A stretch of DNA of 64,000 nt, taken from Azolla caroliniana (lineage: Eukaryota; Plantae; Polypodiophyta). Position numbers and translations under genes: made by a program. This document shows positions 48,225 through 61,300 of this stretch, piece by piece. Position 1 is the stretch's first letter. Each line of letters begins with the position of its first letter. The notes beneath the pieces are model-generated. The model ran no database searches, was not told the DNA's origin, and was given only the letters and a program-made list of their open reading frames with translations. Location of the stretch: contig JBHGNT010000015.1 of NCBI GenBank assembly GCA_043228905.1, positions 15,748,001 through 15,812,000 on the forward strand, in the 5' to 3' direction.

Positions 48225-51200
48225 ATGAGAATGGCCGCCTTATCTTCTTCTTACTCTGTTTCTCCTTCTCCTTCTCCATCCTCTTGCCCTTCCTCCTCTT
48301 CTTCTTCTTCTTCCGCCGCCCCTGCGATTCTCGACACCGCTCGCTGGACCTTCTTGTCTCGATCCCTGAGAGGGGCATCCTCTAAGCTCCGAACCCCCAC
48401 CAATGGTAACAACAGTGACGGCCTTCTGCTTCTCAGGTCGACCTCTCTACGTTCCCGGATTCATGCCGTTTCCACCCACAAGCCGTTCAGATGCGTCGCC
48501 GTCTCCAATGATGGTCAGTCCCTATTTCTATTACTAAGAGTTTTCGTTGGTTGGATTTAGGGTTAGGAAGGAAGTGACTAATTATAGCAAGGACAATGCA
48601 TGAATGCCATGAATAACTGATTTTCTGGTCAGGTCTAGATTACAGAAGAAGGGTCTAGTCGTGATGAGAATGATATGCTTATATGCTTATATGCATTGGT
48701 TAACTATACTAAGAGTTTTCGTTGGTTGGATTTAGGGTTAGGAAGGAAGTGACTAATTATGGCAAGGGCAATGCATAAATGCCATGAATAACTGATTTTT
48801 ATGGTCAGGTCTAGATTACAGAAGAAGGGTCTAGTCGTGATGAGAATGATATGCTTATATGCTTATATGCATTGGTTAACTGATTTCGAAGTTAGGGTGA
48901 CGTGTAATCTTTAATTGAAGAAGGATATGCTTTCAATAAGGACAATGCTATGTTTTGGATGATTGCTATTATGGTTATGGTTAGGATTACTCCCTAAAAG
49001 AAGAAGGATCTGGTTGGAATGTTTGCATAACGGATTTGAGGGTGAGGGAAAGGAGAAGGATCTGATTGTAATGTTTATGTAATGGGTTTGAAGGTTAGGG
49101 AAAGAAGAAGGAATTTGTTGTATGAAAAGGAGAATGCTTGCATACTTTGACTATCTGGTTTTGGAGTTAGGGTTAAAGGTTAATCCTTAAAGAAGAAGGA
49201 TCTGGTTATAAGAAGGAAAATGCTTTTATGACTTGGATAACTAGCTTCAGGGTATCTTTAAACGATGAAGGATATGGTTATGATAAGGCAATGCTTGTAT
49301 CCGCAGGATATCTGATTTTAAGGTCAGGGTGTGGATTAGGGTTAGAAAAGAAGGATCTGGATGGATATGAGAAGGACGATGACTTGGATAACTGCTCTTA
49401 AGAATTTTTAAGAGAAGTAGATAGTTCTGATGAAGACATTGCTTGTATGCCCTGGAGAATTGCTCAGGGTTAGGATCAAGATGCAGATCAGGGTTAGGGG
49501 AGAAGAAGCTGGTTAGAAGGACAGTGACTTCAATAACAGGTTTTTTAAAGGAAGGATATAGTCATGAGAAAAACAATACTTGTATGCGCTGAATAATTGC
49601 ATTTAGGGTGTAGATTACAGTTAGGGCCAGTGAAGAAGGTTCGGTTTATGAGAAGGACAATGCTTCTATATGTTGGGTATGGCTAGGGTTCACATTAATA
49701 TTTAGAAGAAGAAGGGTTTTGGTTATGATAAGGAAATGCTTGTGTATGATGACACAGTTTGTGTGAATTGGTTAACAGATTTTAAGCTTGGGGTTTGGGT
49801 TAAGGTTAGTATTTAAAAGAATGCTTTGGTATCTATCAGGTGTAATCCTTGATCTATTTATTTCGCTGCAGATGTACCAACTGTGTCTGATACCAAATCA
49901 GCCTTTCTTACTAAATTCCGGAAACCGATTCCCAGCATTTATAACAATGTAATTCAAGAGCTCATTGTGCAGCAACACTTGATGCGATACAACAGAACCT
50001 ATAAATATGATGCGGTTTTCGCCTTGGGTTTCGTGACCGTTTATGATCAACTTATGGACGGATACCCAATATTGCAGGATCGAGAAGCAATATTTAATGC
50101 ATATATCGAGGCTCTCAAAGAAGATCCTAAGGCATACAGGTATAGATATGTCTTAGGTCTTACTTTTTATATTCATCACTAAGAATTTCTGTTTGTTGTG
50201 TGGATTAGAGATGGTATCCTTATTTAAGGGGATTTATGCAGCGATTAAGATTCTAAACAATAACCCATTGAAAATGAAGTGGCTAACATGTGAAAAAAGC
50301 TAGAAGTTTGCATATTTACCTGTTGGGTATCTGTACCAATATCCTGATCAGGAATTTTGAACGATTTTGGAGAGCAATAAAGGTTCACATTTTTTTGAGC
50401 AGGAGCCACAGATGGGTCTGATATAACTTATTTATGCTTTGATAGATTGAAAATGATTTACACATTGTCACATGTTGAGGAATATAAGTTGCGTGGCATG
50501 TGTAATTTTTGGAATACTAGATGTAGGCAAGTTTGGTTCAAATTTACATTTGATTTTAAAATGAAGTCTTTTGAGTTCCCCTAAGCCACTGGGAAATAAT
50601 ATGTTGTGTTCTCTTCATCTTTAAACGAGAGAGGCAAGACCCATTGTAAAAATATGGGATCTGATGAAACCATCATGGTTTTATGTGTGAGCTTATGGAT
50701 TGTATTGTCCAATAAATGTCAAGTATCCAAGGTGTTCAGGTTTCTAAAGTGTTGGGAATCAGAGATCTGTACGTTCATAGATGGGAATGGTGTTGTGTCA
50801 TGTATGTTGCATCCATTACCAAAAAGAAGTGTATAAGATGCCGATTTATAGATGAATGAAACTTGAGGAGAGCTAAGCTTAAGGTGACCTCATTGACTTA
50901 AAATTTTTTAAGGCTGAATGTTGTACATGTCCTTGCCATTATAGAAGGCCAGAAAAGAATGCAAGAAAAGGTTTGCGGACCAAAATCATCAGCAATTTGA
51001 TGCTTTCTCAGGCCACATGTATCTTTGTGTGAATAAAATTGAGGTACATTTTCTCTGATCTGTATGACTAGAGGAAATATATTTTCTCTTACCATACAAT
51101 GGAGCTTATTTCCCGGATCAAAGAAAGATAAAATAAGATAATAGAGATGCTTAACCATGAAAAGGTCGAGAACTGTCTTTTACTGTGCAAGAATCACTAG

Positions 51201-52864
51201 AGAGACAATTCCAGAGGAAGATGATATTATGAAGCATACTGTCATTTCTCCTCTTCTTACCAAAGAGCAGAAGTCATCTAGCCAAGTTCGTGTCAACTTC
51301 ATTGAGGCCTATGTGTTCGAAAACTTCAATGATGCTGAGTTGAGCAGCTCAATGATCATGAGAAATAGGGGGGAGCTTTGAAAGAATTTAGAGCTTCCAC
51401 TCAAAATTTGACACTATCTGCATTCTAGTTATGCTTGTTTACTTCCAAATTTGTCATACAAAGATTGAAAGTCTACTCATATTTTGGCTTGATTCTAGAT
51501 TATTGAGCTGTGAACTTCCTTATTTTTCCTTTGCCTACACATGAGACATTTTATCTTGTTACAAGCTAAGAAATAAAGTATGGAGCGGCATTAGATTTGA
51601 TAATATCATAATTTCCTTGGTTTTTTAAGTTTTCTTGTGATGTTTTGTGTGGATGTGAAGTCAGAAACTATACACTTTCATACTTTTCTCGTATGTTTGG
51701 CATATGCAAAACACAACTCTATCTCCAACATTTACTTTTAAACTTTTTCGAGCATTGTTTTCTGGAACGAGGAACCTCCTTTGAGTATTAGGTTTGTTAC
51801 ATCCATGAAGCTTTTTATCCATTTGTAAAATGATTGTTTTTCATCTCGATGATGGATTAGTAACACAATAATTTTTGTATACTCGAATATGATTATTGAG
51901 ATACGAAACTTTTCTAGAATTTCTCCATGCAGCTGTGCCATATTTTGTAATTGGTTGCCATTGAATATCTACTCAAGTGTTGTGTCATTGATGTTGCTTT
52001 AATGGTTTGTGTAGGAACGATGCAAAAAAACTAGAGGAGTGGGCGAGTTCAAAAACTTCTGAGACGATTGTTTCCTTTGCATCTGGTGATGGGGAGGTGG
52101 AGTGCATCCTCAAAGAAATTTCTCAGAGGGCAGCCGAAGGAAAATTTCACTACAGTCGTTTCTTTGCAATTGGACTATTTAGGTTGCTTGAAAGAGCAAA
52201 TGCCACTGATCCATCAGTCTTGGAGAAGGTAATGGGTGTATTATACTTATTTCTCATCATTGCTGTTGCCATTATGGTTGTGCCTTTGTAAATGAAGAAG
52301 TAATGATACTAAAAGAAATAATATTACCCCTCAGTTTTCAAATATTACCAGAATAGCCCTCGATGTTTCGAAATTATGCAAATGCTTCTTAGTTTTAATT
52401 AGGCAAAAGGTGCAAAAGTTGGTTTTTTCCCTCAAAAGTAATTTTACAAGCGTCTTATGAAATAAAACTCATAAGATGATCAGTTAGTTCTTTGATTTGT
52501 AAACTTGAAGACAAATCTGAGAAAGGTTTTACCAAAGTCCATAAGATGATGGTTATCTTGACATTTATGAATAACAGCTTTCAAAAGAACTAAATGTAAG
52601 TAAGTTGAGCGTTGATCGAGACCTCGATGTGTATCGCAACTTGCTGTCAAAATTAGTCCAGGCTAAAGAGCTCCTTAAGGAATATATTGACAGGTAAGGA
52701 AGTCGTGATGGTATCTGTTTTCTATGTAATGATATTTGTTTGAGACAGATATGAGCTAAATTCTTGCTCTTCATTGAAACAGGGAAAAGAAGAAACAAGC
52801 GGAGAGGGAGGCAAACTCCAAGCCTAGTGAGGCCGTTGCAAAAATGGTGTCAATCGATCTTTGA
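48225..52864 (+). CDS. THF1: THYLAKOID FORMATION 1 (Psb29 homologue) with chloroplast transit peptide, 5 exons
   Basis: Exons 48225(or 48231)-48513, 49872-50139, 52015-52228, 52578-52693, 52783-52864. Motifs: PTVSDTKSAF...PIPSIYNNVIQELIVQQHLMRY, FALGFVTVYDQLMDGYP, FHYSRFFAIGLFRLLE, SVDRDLDVYRNLLSKLVQAKELLKEY. Ser-rich N-terminus. Confidence 0.97.
48530..49830. repeat. Satellite-like array in THF1 intron 1: 175-bp unit x2, then degenerate units carrying TTAGGG and GAAGAAGGATCTGG
   Basis: TAAGAGTTTTCGTTGG at 48535 and 48710; recurrent TTAGGGTT, AGAAGGA and ATGCTT motifs to ~49830. Confidence 0.75.
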
Positions 52865-54953
52865 ATTGAGATGTTTTGCAAGTGCATAAAATGTAAACAT
52901 TACATATAATATATGCCGGAGGTGGGAAATGGTTGTACATGCTTTTTACTGAAGTTTTTACCTGGAGGTAAGAAGTGAAAGAAAGCTACTGAGTTCAATG
53001 ACAAAGTCTTTCATTAAGTACTTTGATGCTGTATATCTCTCTTAGTTGAATTCTTTTAAATTTCCTTTGTAACATGATATTAAAAAAACGTTGTGTATTT
53101 GCAAAGGCTTTGTTTCCAAGGCGATTAATACATGACAAATGAAAAAAAACCCTGTTAACTCTTGTACTTTTTTGGATGATCAATAAGACCTCATGAAACA
53201 GATAATTGGAATGTTTTCCAGATGTGTTGGATCAATATTGCAAATGTCATTTTCATAGCTTCTATCGGTATTGTTTCTGATTGCAATGTAAATGTTGGTA
53301 CCATGGATAACTTCTATCATCCCTGTTGCTTATATCATCTCCATGGTGGTTAGTCGAGTAATAATGCAGAGATAAGAACAAGGAATACCGCTCAGAATAT
53401 GTCTCGAGGAATATCAGATTTATCCATCCACAACGGAAGTCCATGTTTTGGTTCACTTGTATTAAGTCATTCACATGCATTCTCCAATCGGATGCATTAT
53501 CAGGGCCTTGCATTGGAATACATAACACTCTTAATTCTATTGCAGTATAGGATGTGTTAGCAGCTATGTGATGATATAGTTAATTGGTTTGTGATGCTTT
53601 GAAAGGAAACAAATCCTGGCATAACTGAGAAATCAGAGTGAGGTTTGGATTTCTTTACAATTGAATGTGTTCTGACAAAATTGTGACACTTAGATTAGCG
53701 TAATGACATTGTTGTAGACGTTAAAAAGCAAGAATATTTCTCATCATTCTTCATGGATATGCAACACATGCTTATGGACTATGTACATATGTGTACGATG
53801 CAACATTTTCCAAAGAACTCGGCGCATCATTTAGGTTTGCAAAATCACAAGGGGAAAGAAATTACTGAATCTTGAAGTGTCAAACTAGTGTTGCACCCTG
53901 TATTGCCCCCACTACTTACATATCCGTAGTTCTCTGCATATCTTTAGGAATAATTAAACGATATCATTTTCTCGTCTCATCCTTTGATATGAGTCATATT
54001 CTCTTGTGAAGGTTGCACATTTATTTCTCGAAATGTCAGGGCTACTCCAACACTCGTGTAATTGCATTTTCCATAACCAATTGCACATCTAATGGTAGGT
54101 TGAAATGGCTAACTAAAATGCCACTGGCTTCATGTGGCGCAAAGAGAAATTTCAAAGGGATATCCAATAAATTGTAAATTATGCAATGAATCGTGAACAC
54201 TAAATTCAGTAATGTGAATGAAGGCCTAAACCAATAATACATGTATGTCAATGCGAAATCAATCTAAAACCAAGCATGTGTCAACATGTCAGAACCATGC
54301 ATAATGAATTTGGGCATGTTAATTGAAATTGATGTTTGTTCATTTCAAACTTTCTCTCAATAGCATTGATGAATGCATGTTTTTGAGGGAATTGTAAATG
54401 TGAAGAAGATGGGATACATGATTAAAGTGATGGATGAGGGAAATATTGGAGACTCCACAAGATCTATTTTATGTAGTTTATGATTAATGAACCTTTCATC
54501 TAGGTTCTCTATTTGATGTGTTGTCCTTGTTTTGATATGTGATGGTTCCTAGTCATTAAGCACTAATCCCTTGTGGCGCATTCTTGCATGCCTTGGGGGC
54601 ATTTCCACAACCCCACATATATACCAAAGAGTTATTTTGGCAGCCGAGAGAGAGAGAGATCAGGACCCAACAATTTCCGCATGAAAACGTAATAATAAAC
54701 ACATGAGTGTTTGAAGAAACCGCGAATGGTTTGTTTGCCAAGCATATTTAATTTACAACAATTCCAAGAGTCCCATTCATCAAAGTCTAGAGCCTAGGAG
54801 TGTGTGTGTGTGTTGTATTGATGATTTCTTTTAATGTTTGTTTATGTTTATTGTTTTGTTTGTTTATTGTTTGGTTTGTTTGTTTGTTTGGGTTCACGTG
54901 ATGAGAAGGGGTGGCCATGGCGCAAGCAAGCAACTTGTGACGTTTCTTTTGAT

Positions 54954-55003
<50 letters not shown>

Positions 55004-55305
55004 CATGCACACAAAAGAACGTGTGTTTTGTCTGTGTATGTGTCAGGGTCTCTCTCTGTCTGTTTGTCTTTCTCTTGTCTTGTTTCTCTTGTCTTGTTTG
55101 TTGGTTGCACCACCTGATCCACAACCAACCAACCAACAAAACAAACAACATTGAGATTCATGAGGGAGAGAGGCATTCTTCTTCCTTCCCTCTCTTCATT
55201 TGTCACCCCCACACTCACACACATACACGTACACATGCACATGCACATACACATACACATATCTTGAGCTTCCATTGATTGATTGGTTCCTTGCAAACCA
55301 TTAGT

Positions 55306-58300
55306 ATGTCGGACTATCCTCTCCCTCCTCCCCCTTCTCCTATTTTCGAGGAGAGGACACCCACCCCGAATGATGCTCCCGCGCGTTTCTCCAATGTCAT
55401 GCCTCCGTCGTCGACAACAACACCGAGCGATGCTACACGACGTTTCTCTAGCACCAGGCGCTTGCAAAGCTTCAGGTTTGAAGATGCTAATAATTGTGTG
55501 TGTGAGAGAGACAGAGAGATGAGAGAGATGAGAGAGAAGGGAGATGAGATTTTGAACCATGCATGGGGATCGAGGCCGCGGAGAGTATCTAACTTAAAGA
55601 ACATTCCCTCATGTTTATGTCTTTTGATGCTATGAATGTAAAGCATTGAGCCAACAACTCGAAAGAGAAAAAATAAAAAATCATAAATTTTACATCCATA
55701 GTATGCTTGAAGGTAGTTCCAAGGTAGATATGGAACCAAAAGTTCAGACACTAGATTAGATTGAGGTCAATCCAAAGGAAGAGCAAGCGAAAGAGAGAAA
55801 ACGGGTTTAGGTAAGTTCGTAAGAGTTGTCTGAGTAAAAAGAAAAATAGTCGCACATTCTACAACTTTTGTATACCCCCAAAATCATCTAGCAACCAAAT
55901 TCAGAAATAGGCGGGTCTCGAATTATGGAGGTCTCTTCAAGATGGATACATATAGTATTAAGTAGAATCCGTAAGTAGCCTAAGGCATCCATTTAATGAA
56001 ATAGAGAAGCCTAGTCACCTACATATATAAATAAGGTATTTATACCGAGATTTTGATTGAAAATACAACCTAGATTGGAGATGAGGTCGAACCTGTCATG
56101 ATGTTCAAACTTGTCTTTTCTAAATCTTATGACTTTGATGCCATGGTTTGAAATGTCATGTTACCAAGTGTTGAGAAGGCCAAAATGAACGATGTACCCA
56201 AAATAACAACCATAATTTGGTAATGGAAATGTTAGCTTAAAAGCTAAAGAGAACGAAAAAATAGTGCAAAATCCTGGAGGTGGATACAAACATTCGATGA
56301 CAACTTGTAGGCAATAAAGACATCGAGACGATGAATGTTTTCAAAAAACTTAGAACATAAACTCATTTGTATACTTAATAACTCTAGGAAGATATAATAC
56401 AAAGAAACCATGATGATGTTTGGTTGATGGACAGATGCCCCGGAAACAACACAAGGTTAGTAGACGGGTGGAGTTCTCCGGAGAGATCAACAGGAAGAGT
56501 GGAAGTGTTGTTACCAACGTTTGAAGGCATCGAGGTGCAAAGTGGCGAGATTGCCAAGTCATTATTGGTATCGGCCACAGGCCAATGTTCTACCACAACT
56601 TCTAGCCTCCCAGTTGAGGAATCAGATACTGTGGACGATAACGCACAAGGCTTTGTCTCAAATCAACCTAGTACGGGACATGGTGCCACTAGTGATGTCC
56701 TTGTGGATGGCACCACGGGAAAAAAGGCTCCCTATTGCTTCAATTGGTTCTCTATGTCATTTCTCGTAAAGTTTGTCACCAGTTGCATTTGGCCTATCCC
56801 CGAGTGGTCCGCTTCTGGCAAGAGAATCACCGTTAGCAAGGTCTCTCTCTCTCTCTCTCTCTCAAAAGATGTTAATATTTCTTTCTTTCTTTCTTTCTCT
56901 CTCTCTCTTTCTCTCTCACCCACCATCACATGTGCTTCCCTCGGCTTCAAAGACCTCTCTATTCTGGATTGACTTATGATAGAGATCTTTCAAAGACAAA
57001 AGTTATAATAGATCTAACTTGAGAATCTCACATGTGCCAAAAACCAGATTCCTTCGTCTCTTTTTATCTTATTTACTGAGTAATATTCATTATATGCCGA
57101 TTTGTTGTTCTCAAAGACGAGACAACACCTAAGATGTAATCTCTTGTTTGGTCTTATAAGCCATTTTGGCCTCTTAAAAGACGTTAATATTTCTTTCTTT
57201 CTCTCTCTCTCTCTCTTAGAGCCATTGACTTAATAGTGTAGGTGCAGAGTTCGAATCTTTGTTAGAGTACATTAACAAATTATTAATAACCAGTTGTCTC
57301 ATGGGCCAAATTTGGTCTTAGAAGACTGTTAATATATCTTTCTTTCTTTTCTTTCTGTTCTCTCTCACACACACATTCATATGTTTTTGTCACATGGAAT
57401 GCCATGGTGGAAGCATGGTAGTTTGTGTTTCACAACAATAAGCTTTAGTTATTGGGCTGCATTTCATTCTCATTATCATGTGCTGGAATGGAAGAATGAG
57501 ACCTCAATTTTCAGCTCTGTTCTGTATGTGTAGGATGTTCTATCAATATACCATGAATCCTTCCTCTATGGCAAGGTTCCACTCTCGACCAAAGTGAGAA
57601 CGAGCCTCCGAGGACCTTTTTTGGGCAGAATTTTACTGGTGGTAATGCATATCGACACCGAAAACTGATATATGCAGCTTATATGTTTTTTTATCAATCA
57701 ATGTTCGGTTATAATGTTTTGAGACATGATGCAACTCCGATTCTTCTTAATGCAGCTAGAATGCATTGCAGGCTTGCTGTTGCTAGCACTCTATGTGCGC
57801 ACGACGTGAGTTTTCTTGTTCTGAAACATGTCCTATATTAATTTCACCATTTTGAATGTGTTTGCCTTTTTTTTTTCTAAATGTTTTTGTTTGTGCATCC
57901 TTAATTCGCGAAGATATGCGAGCAACACACCACATTGGATCACGGTTGTTCAATTCTCCTGCAGCTTCTTCTTTCTACTAGATTATCTCATTAAACTTTA
58001 CAGGCAAGTCGATAAATTCTAGTATGAGCTCGTCATTTTGTCTCTAAACTACATCTGATTAGTAATATCATTTGGCAGTATTTACTAACTAAAGATAGTT
58101 GTAAAACATGGATATCCGTGCATATCAAAGATACTAACCTCTTTTTAGTTTCAACAATTTGATTAGACATTGGAAAACATTTAATTACTGGAAATGCATA
58201 CATCAGTGGTTGTCCATTAAATCTATCATTAATTTTCTTTTACATCTAAAACAGATTGGATTTACCTTTCATTCTATGTCTATTTATTAATCAGTGCCCC

Positions 58301-61300
58301 GGTGCGGCTGTATTATGCCTTATCTCTCAATGGGATTGTGGATCTAATAAGCACACTTCCAATCTATTTCATACTTAGGTGATTGGAATCATGCTTATAT
58401 CAATGAATAATGCTCTCCAAATAAATTATGTCTGTAAAATATGACTTGACGACATTGCTGTATGGAACAGTGGTGTGATGGAGGATGCGGCAATACCCCA
58501 AGTGTTTTTGGTATTTCGAGTTCTCAGGTTTGTGTCAAAGCTCAAATGTTGCAATAACCATATCCAGAAATCATGTCAGTACAGATTGAGAGCGTAGTGA
58601 TGTTGGACAGGGCAGTTCCATTGTTATCATCTTGGGCACTTCCGGGTGGAGCTGTCGGCCAAGAAATCTTTATGATGATTGCTTACTGCCTTGGAATCTG
58701 TGAGCAAATGAATTGAGTTTTTAATGATTACTAATTGTGGTATTATCACATTCTCTTTTCCTCTCACGTTCGGTCAAGTGAACCTCCTCGATCGCATAGT
58801 GGATTGTATTGATCTAGTGTATCAACTTTCGGTTGCATATGCCTTCAAGACTCTAATTTTTGTTTTATAGACAATTAGCACCATGTTAATGCTACTTTGG
58901 GTATTAAAATTGTCTTTCTTTGTTTCTTCAGTTGTGCTAGCAGCAGGGGTGTTGCAATGGGTTGAGTGGCGTGCGACCCCAAAACATGTGCAAGAATCAG
59001 AGAGTTGCCTTCCATATGGATGTCTAAGTTTCTATGATGCCTTCTACTTCGTGATTGTCACGGTAAATGATCTGCATTTCTCTCCTTGTTCTCATAAGTC
59101 AGAATATCTCACTTTGCCCCCAAATCTGCATATATACTGGATCCAGCTAACAAATAGTCTTAATATGTCATGGTTATCAAGTGGGCAGGTCTTCACTGTG
59201 GGGTATGGTGACATTACATTGAAAACAGAATGGGGTCGTTGTGTTACAATTCTCATAATTTTAGCTGCTGTCGTATATATCCCTGTAGAAATAAACAAGA
59301 TACTGGATCTGGCATCTAGAAGGTAAATCTGGTTGCTCATGCCTACCATATTTTAGGTAAAGTCTCAATCTCTCCTTGCTCCATTTCTAACCAAAAAGAC
59401 ATGTATCTGAACTTTTTTGCAGGCCTTATGGTGGGAAATATGCTGCACAAAAAGTTGTCGGGTCTCGTTTCATAATTGTTAGCGGGAATCTATCTTATAG
59501 AGCTGTAGAGGACTTTCTTTCAGAGATTTATCATCCATCACATGCTGAAGGTCAGCTTATATTATCTAATGAATGCTACATTCGTTATTGACTTTGTTAC
59601 ATTGACGATTAGTTCTTCCACACGTTTAAACTATAATACATGCGTAATCTTATTTGCAGATATGCGAGCTTTTCCTCTCCGAATGGTCATAATGGCTCCT
59701 TTTAAGCCCTCGTAAGGATTGAACATAAAAATGTTTGCAGGATGTCCATCATCTCTCTGTGTGCATTATTTTGTTGGTAATTTGTCACCCTTTGTTGCAG
59801 GTTTGAGCTAAAAGTTTTGTTAACAGAGTACAAAGGTCGTGTTGACTTCATTGAGGGCACACCCCTTAAGGACTTGGACCTTGCACGCGTGAGTGCTAAC
59901 ATTGCATCAGCATTTTTCTTGATGGCAGATCACCTGGCACAGGTTCGGCTTTCTTCAAAAGCCTGATATGTATTTAGTAATTGGGAGTCTTATAATCTAT
60001 AAAATGCTCTTATGTTTGGATTATATTCCAACAAAGCTCAGGATCCAGTCGCCGAGGATGCTGCACAAATCATGCGTACATTGTCGGTGCATAGATTTTG
60101 TGGCTCAAAGGTGCGGCTGATAGTGGAAATGTTGAAGCCAGAGAATCAAGATAATCCCATATGGGATGATGTTGATGGTGGGATTGAAATTGTATGCCCA
60201 GAAGCGATCCGGTACCAACTTCTGGCTCGAAGGTGACTCCGTAGTCATGTTTTTTCCTCAATCAGATTTCTTTGTTGTGTTGTAGTGTTCGGCAACGTAA
60301 AATTGGTCATGCAATCGATATGAACATAAAGAGGAAAAATATGAGGGATGGTATACATAGAAACTATTTGGACAATTAATAAAACAATTTTAAGTCTGCT
60401 AATTGATCATAAGATAGGCAACTCCAAATTCTCTTACCAGAGGATTGTGTGTTTTGTCAGCTGTGAAGTCAAAGGTATCTCTACTCTGGTTATAAACCTT
60501 TTCAAGTCTGGGCTTAAGGTATGCAGTCCTATGCCTGGTCATTGGATGGAAAAATATTGCCATGGACAGCAGCAAGAGATATATCCAGTAATCTTACCAG
60601 CCTGCTTCCACCAGAAAGGATTAACATTTGAGGAGGTATGCTCTATTTGTTAACTTTTACAAACATGCACAAAACTTCTTCTTCCTATATGCATGCACCA
60701 GAGATCAGTTCAACATGGATGCTGCTGATTTCTGTTAGGTTGTGGAGATTGTCTACAGCAAATTTAAGATAATTCTCTTTGGCCTTGATATCTCCATCGA
60801 TGTCACAAATGGCACACGAGAGGTCATACTCTTTCCCCACAAACGTCGAGTTCAACCTACTGACATTGGTTTCGTGATTGCGGAGGATCTTGCTGTCGCG
60901 GAAAAGGTTTCCAAATACGGAAAGGAAACTCTACATGCTTGGTATGAGAAGCTTTACCAATGGGCATTCAAAGCTCCGTATCGTCGAGATGGCACGATGA
61001 TCAATAGATCAGTGACGAAAAGTCACGAGATTCATCAACTTGGCAAGGAGTCGACAACTTCAAAATCTCAATACTTAAGCATGAGGCAAGGATCGGGAAT
61101 AATGAGTTCCGGTCATAGAGTAGACCTACAGATGCAACTACAAGAAATCGTGTGCGCTTCGACGAGCAATGCTCAAGAAAAGCTGCAAGCCCCGCACCAA
61201 GGATATGAGGAGCCATCTGGTGAGGTAAACAAGGTTTATTCTTTACAAGAGGCAGTGGACCTTATAACACAATGGCCGCCTTCGAAACCTGAAAGGCCAG

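Noticed and set aside
53262-54110. Possible minus-strand gene or PPR-like pseudogene fragments between THF1 and the BK channel
   Set aside because: Short frames with stops and only vague resemblance; no consistent spliced model.
54787-55560. 257-aa minus-strand ORF and overlapping ORFs
   Set aside because: Made of (CT)n, (CA)n and (GTTT)n repeats in the BK channel 5' region, antisense to exon 1.
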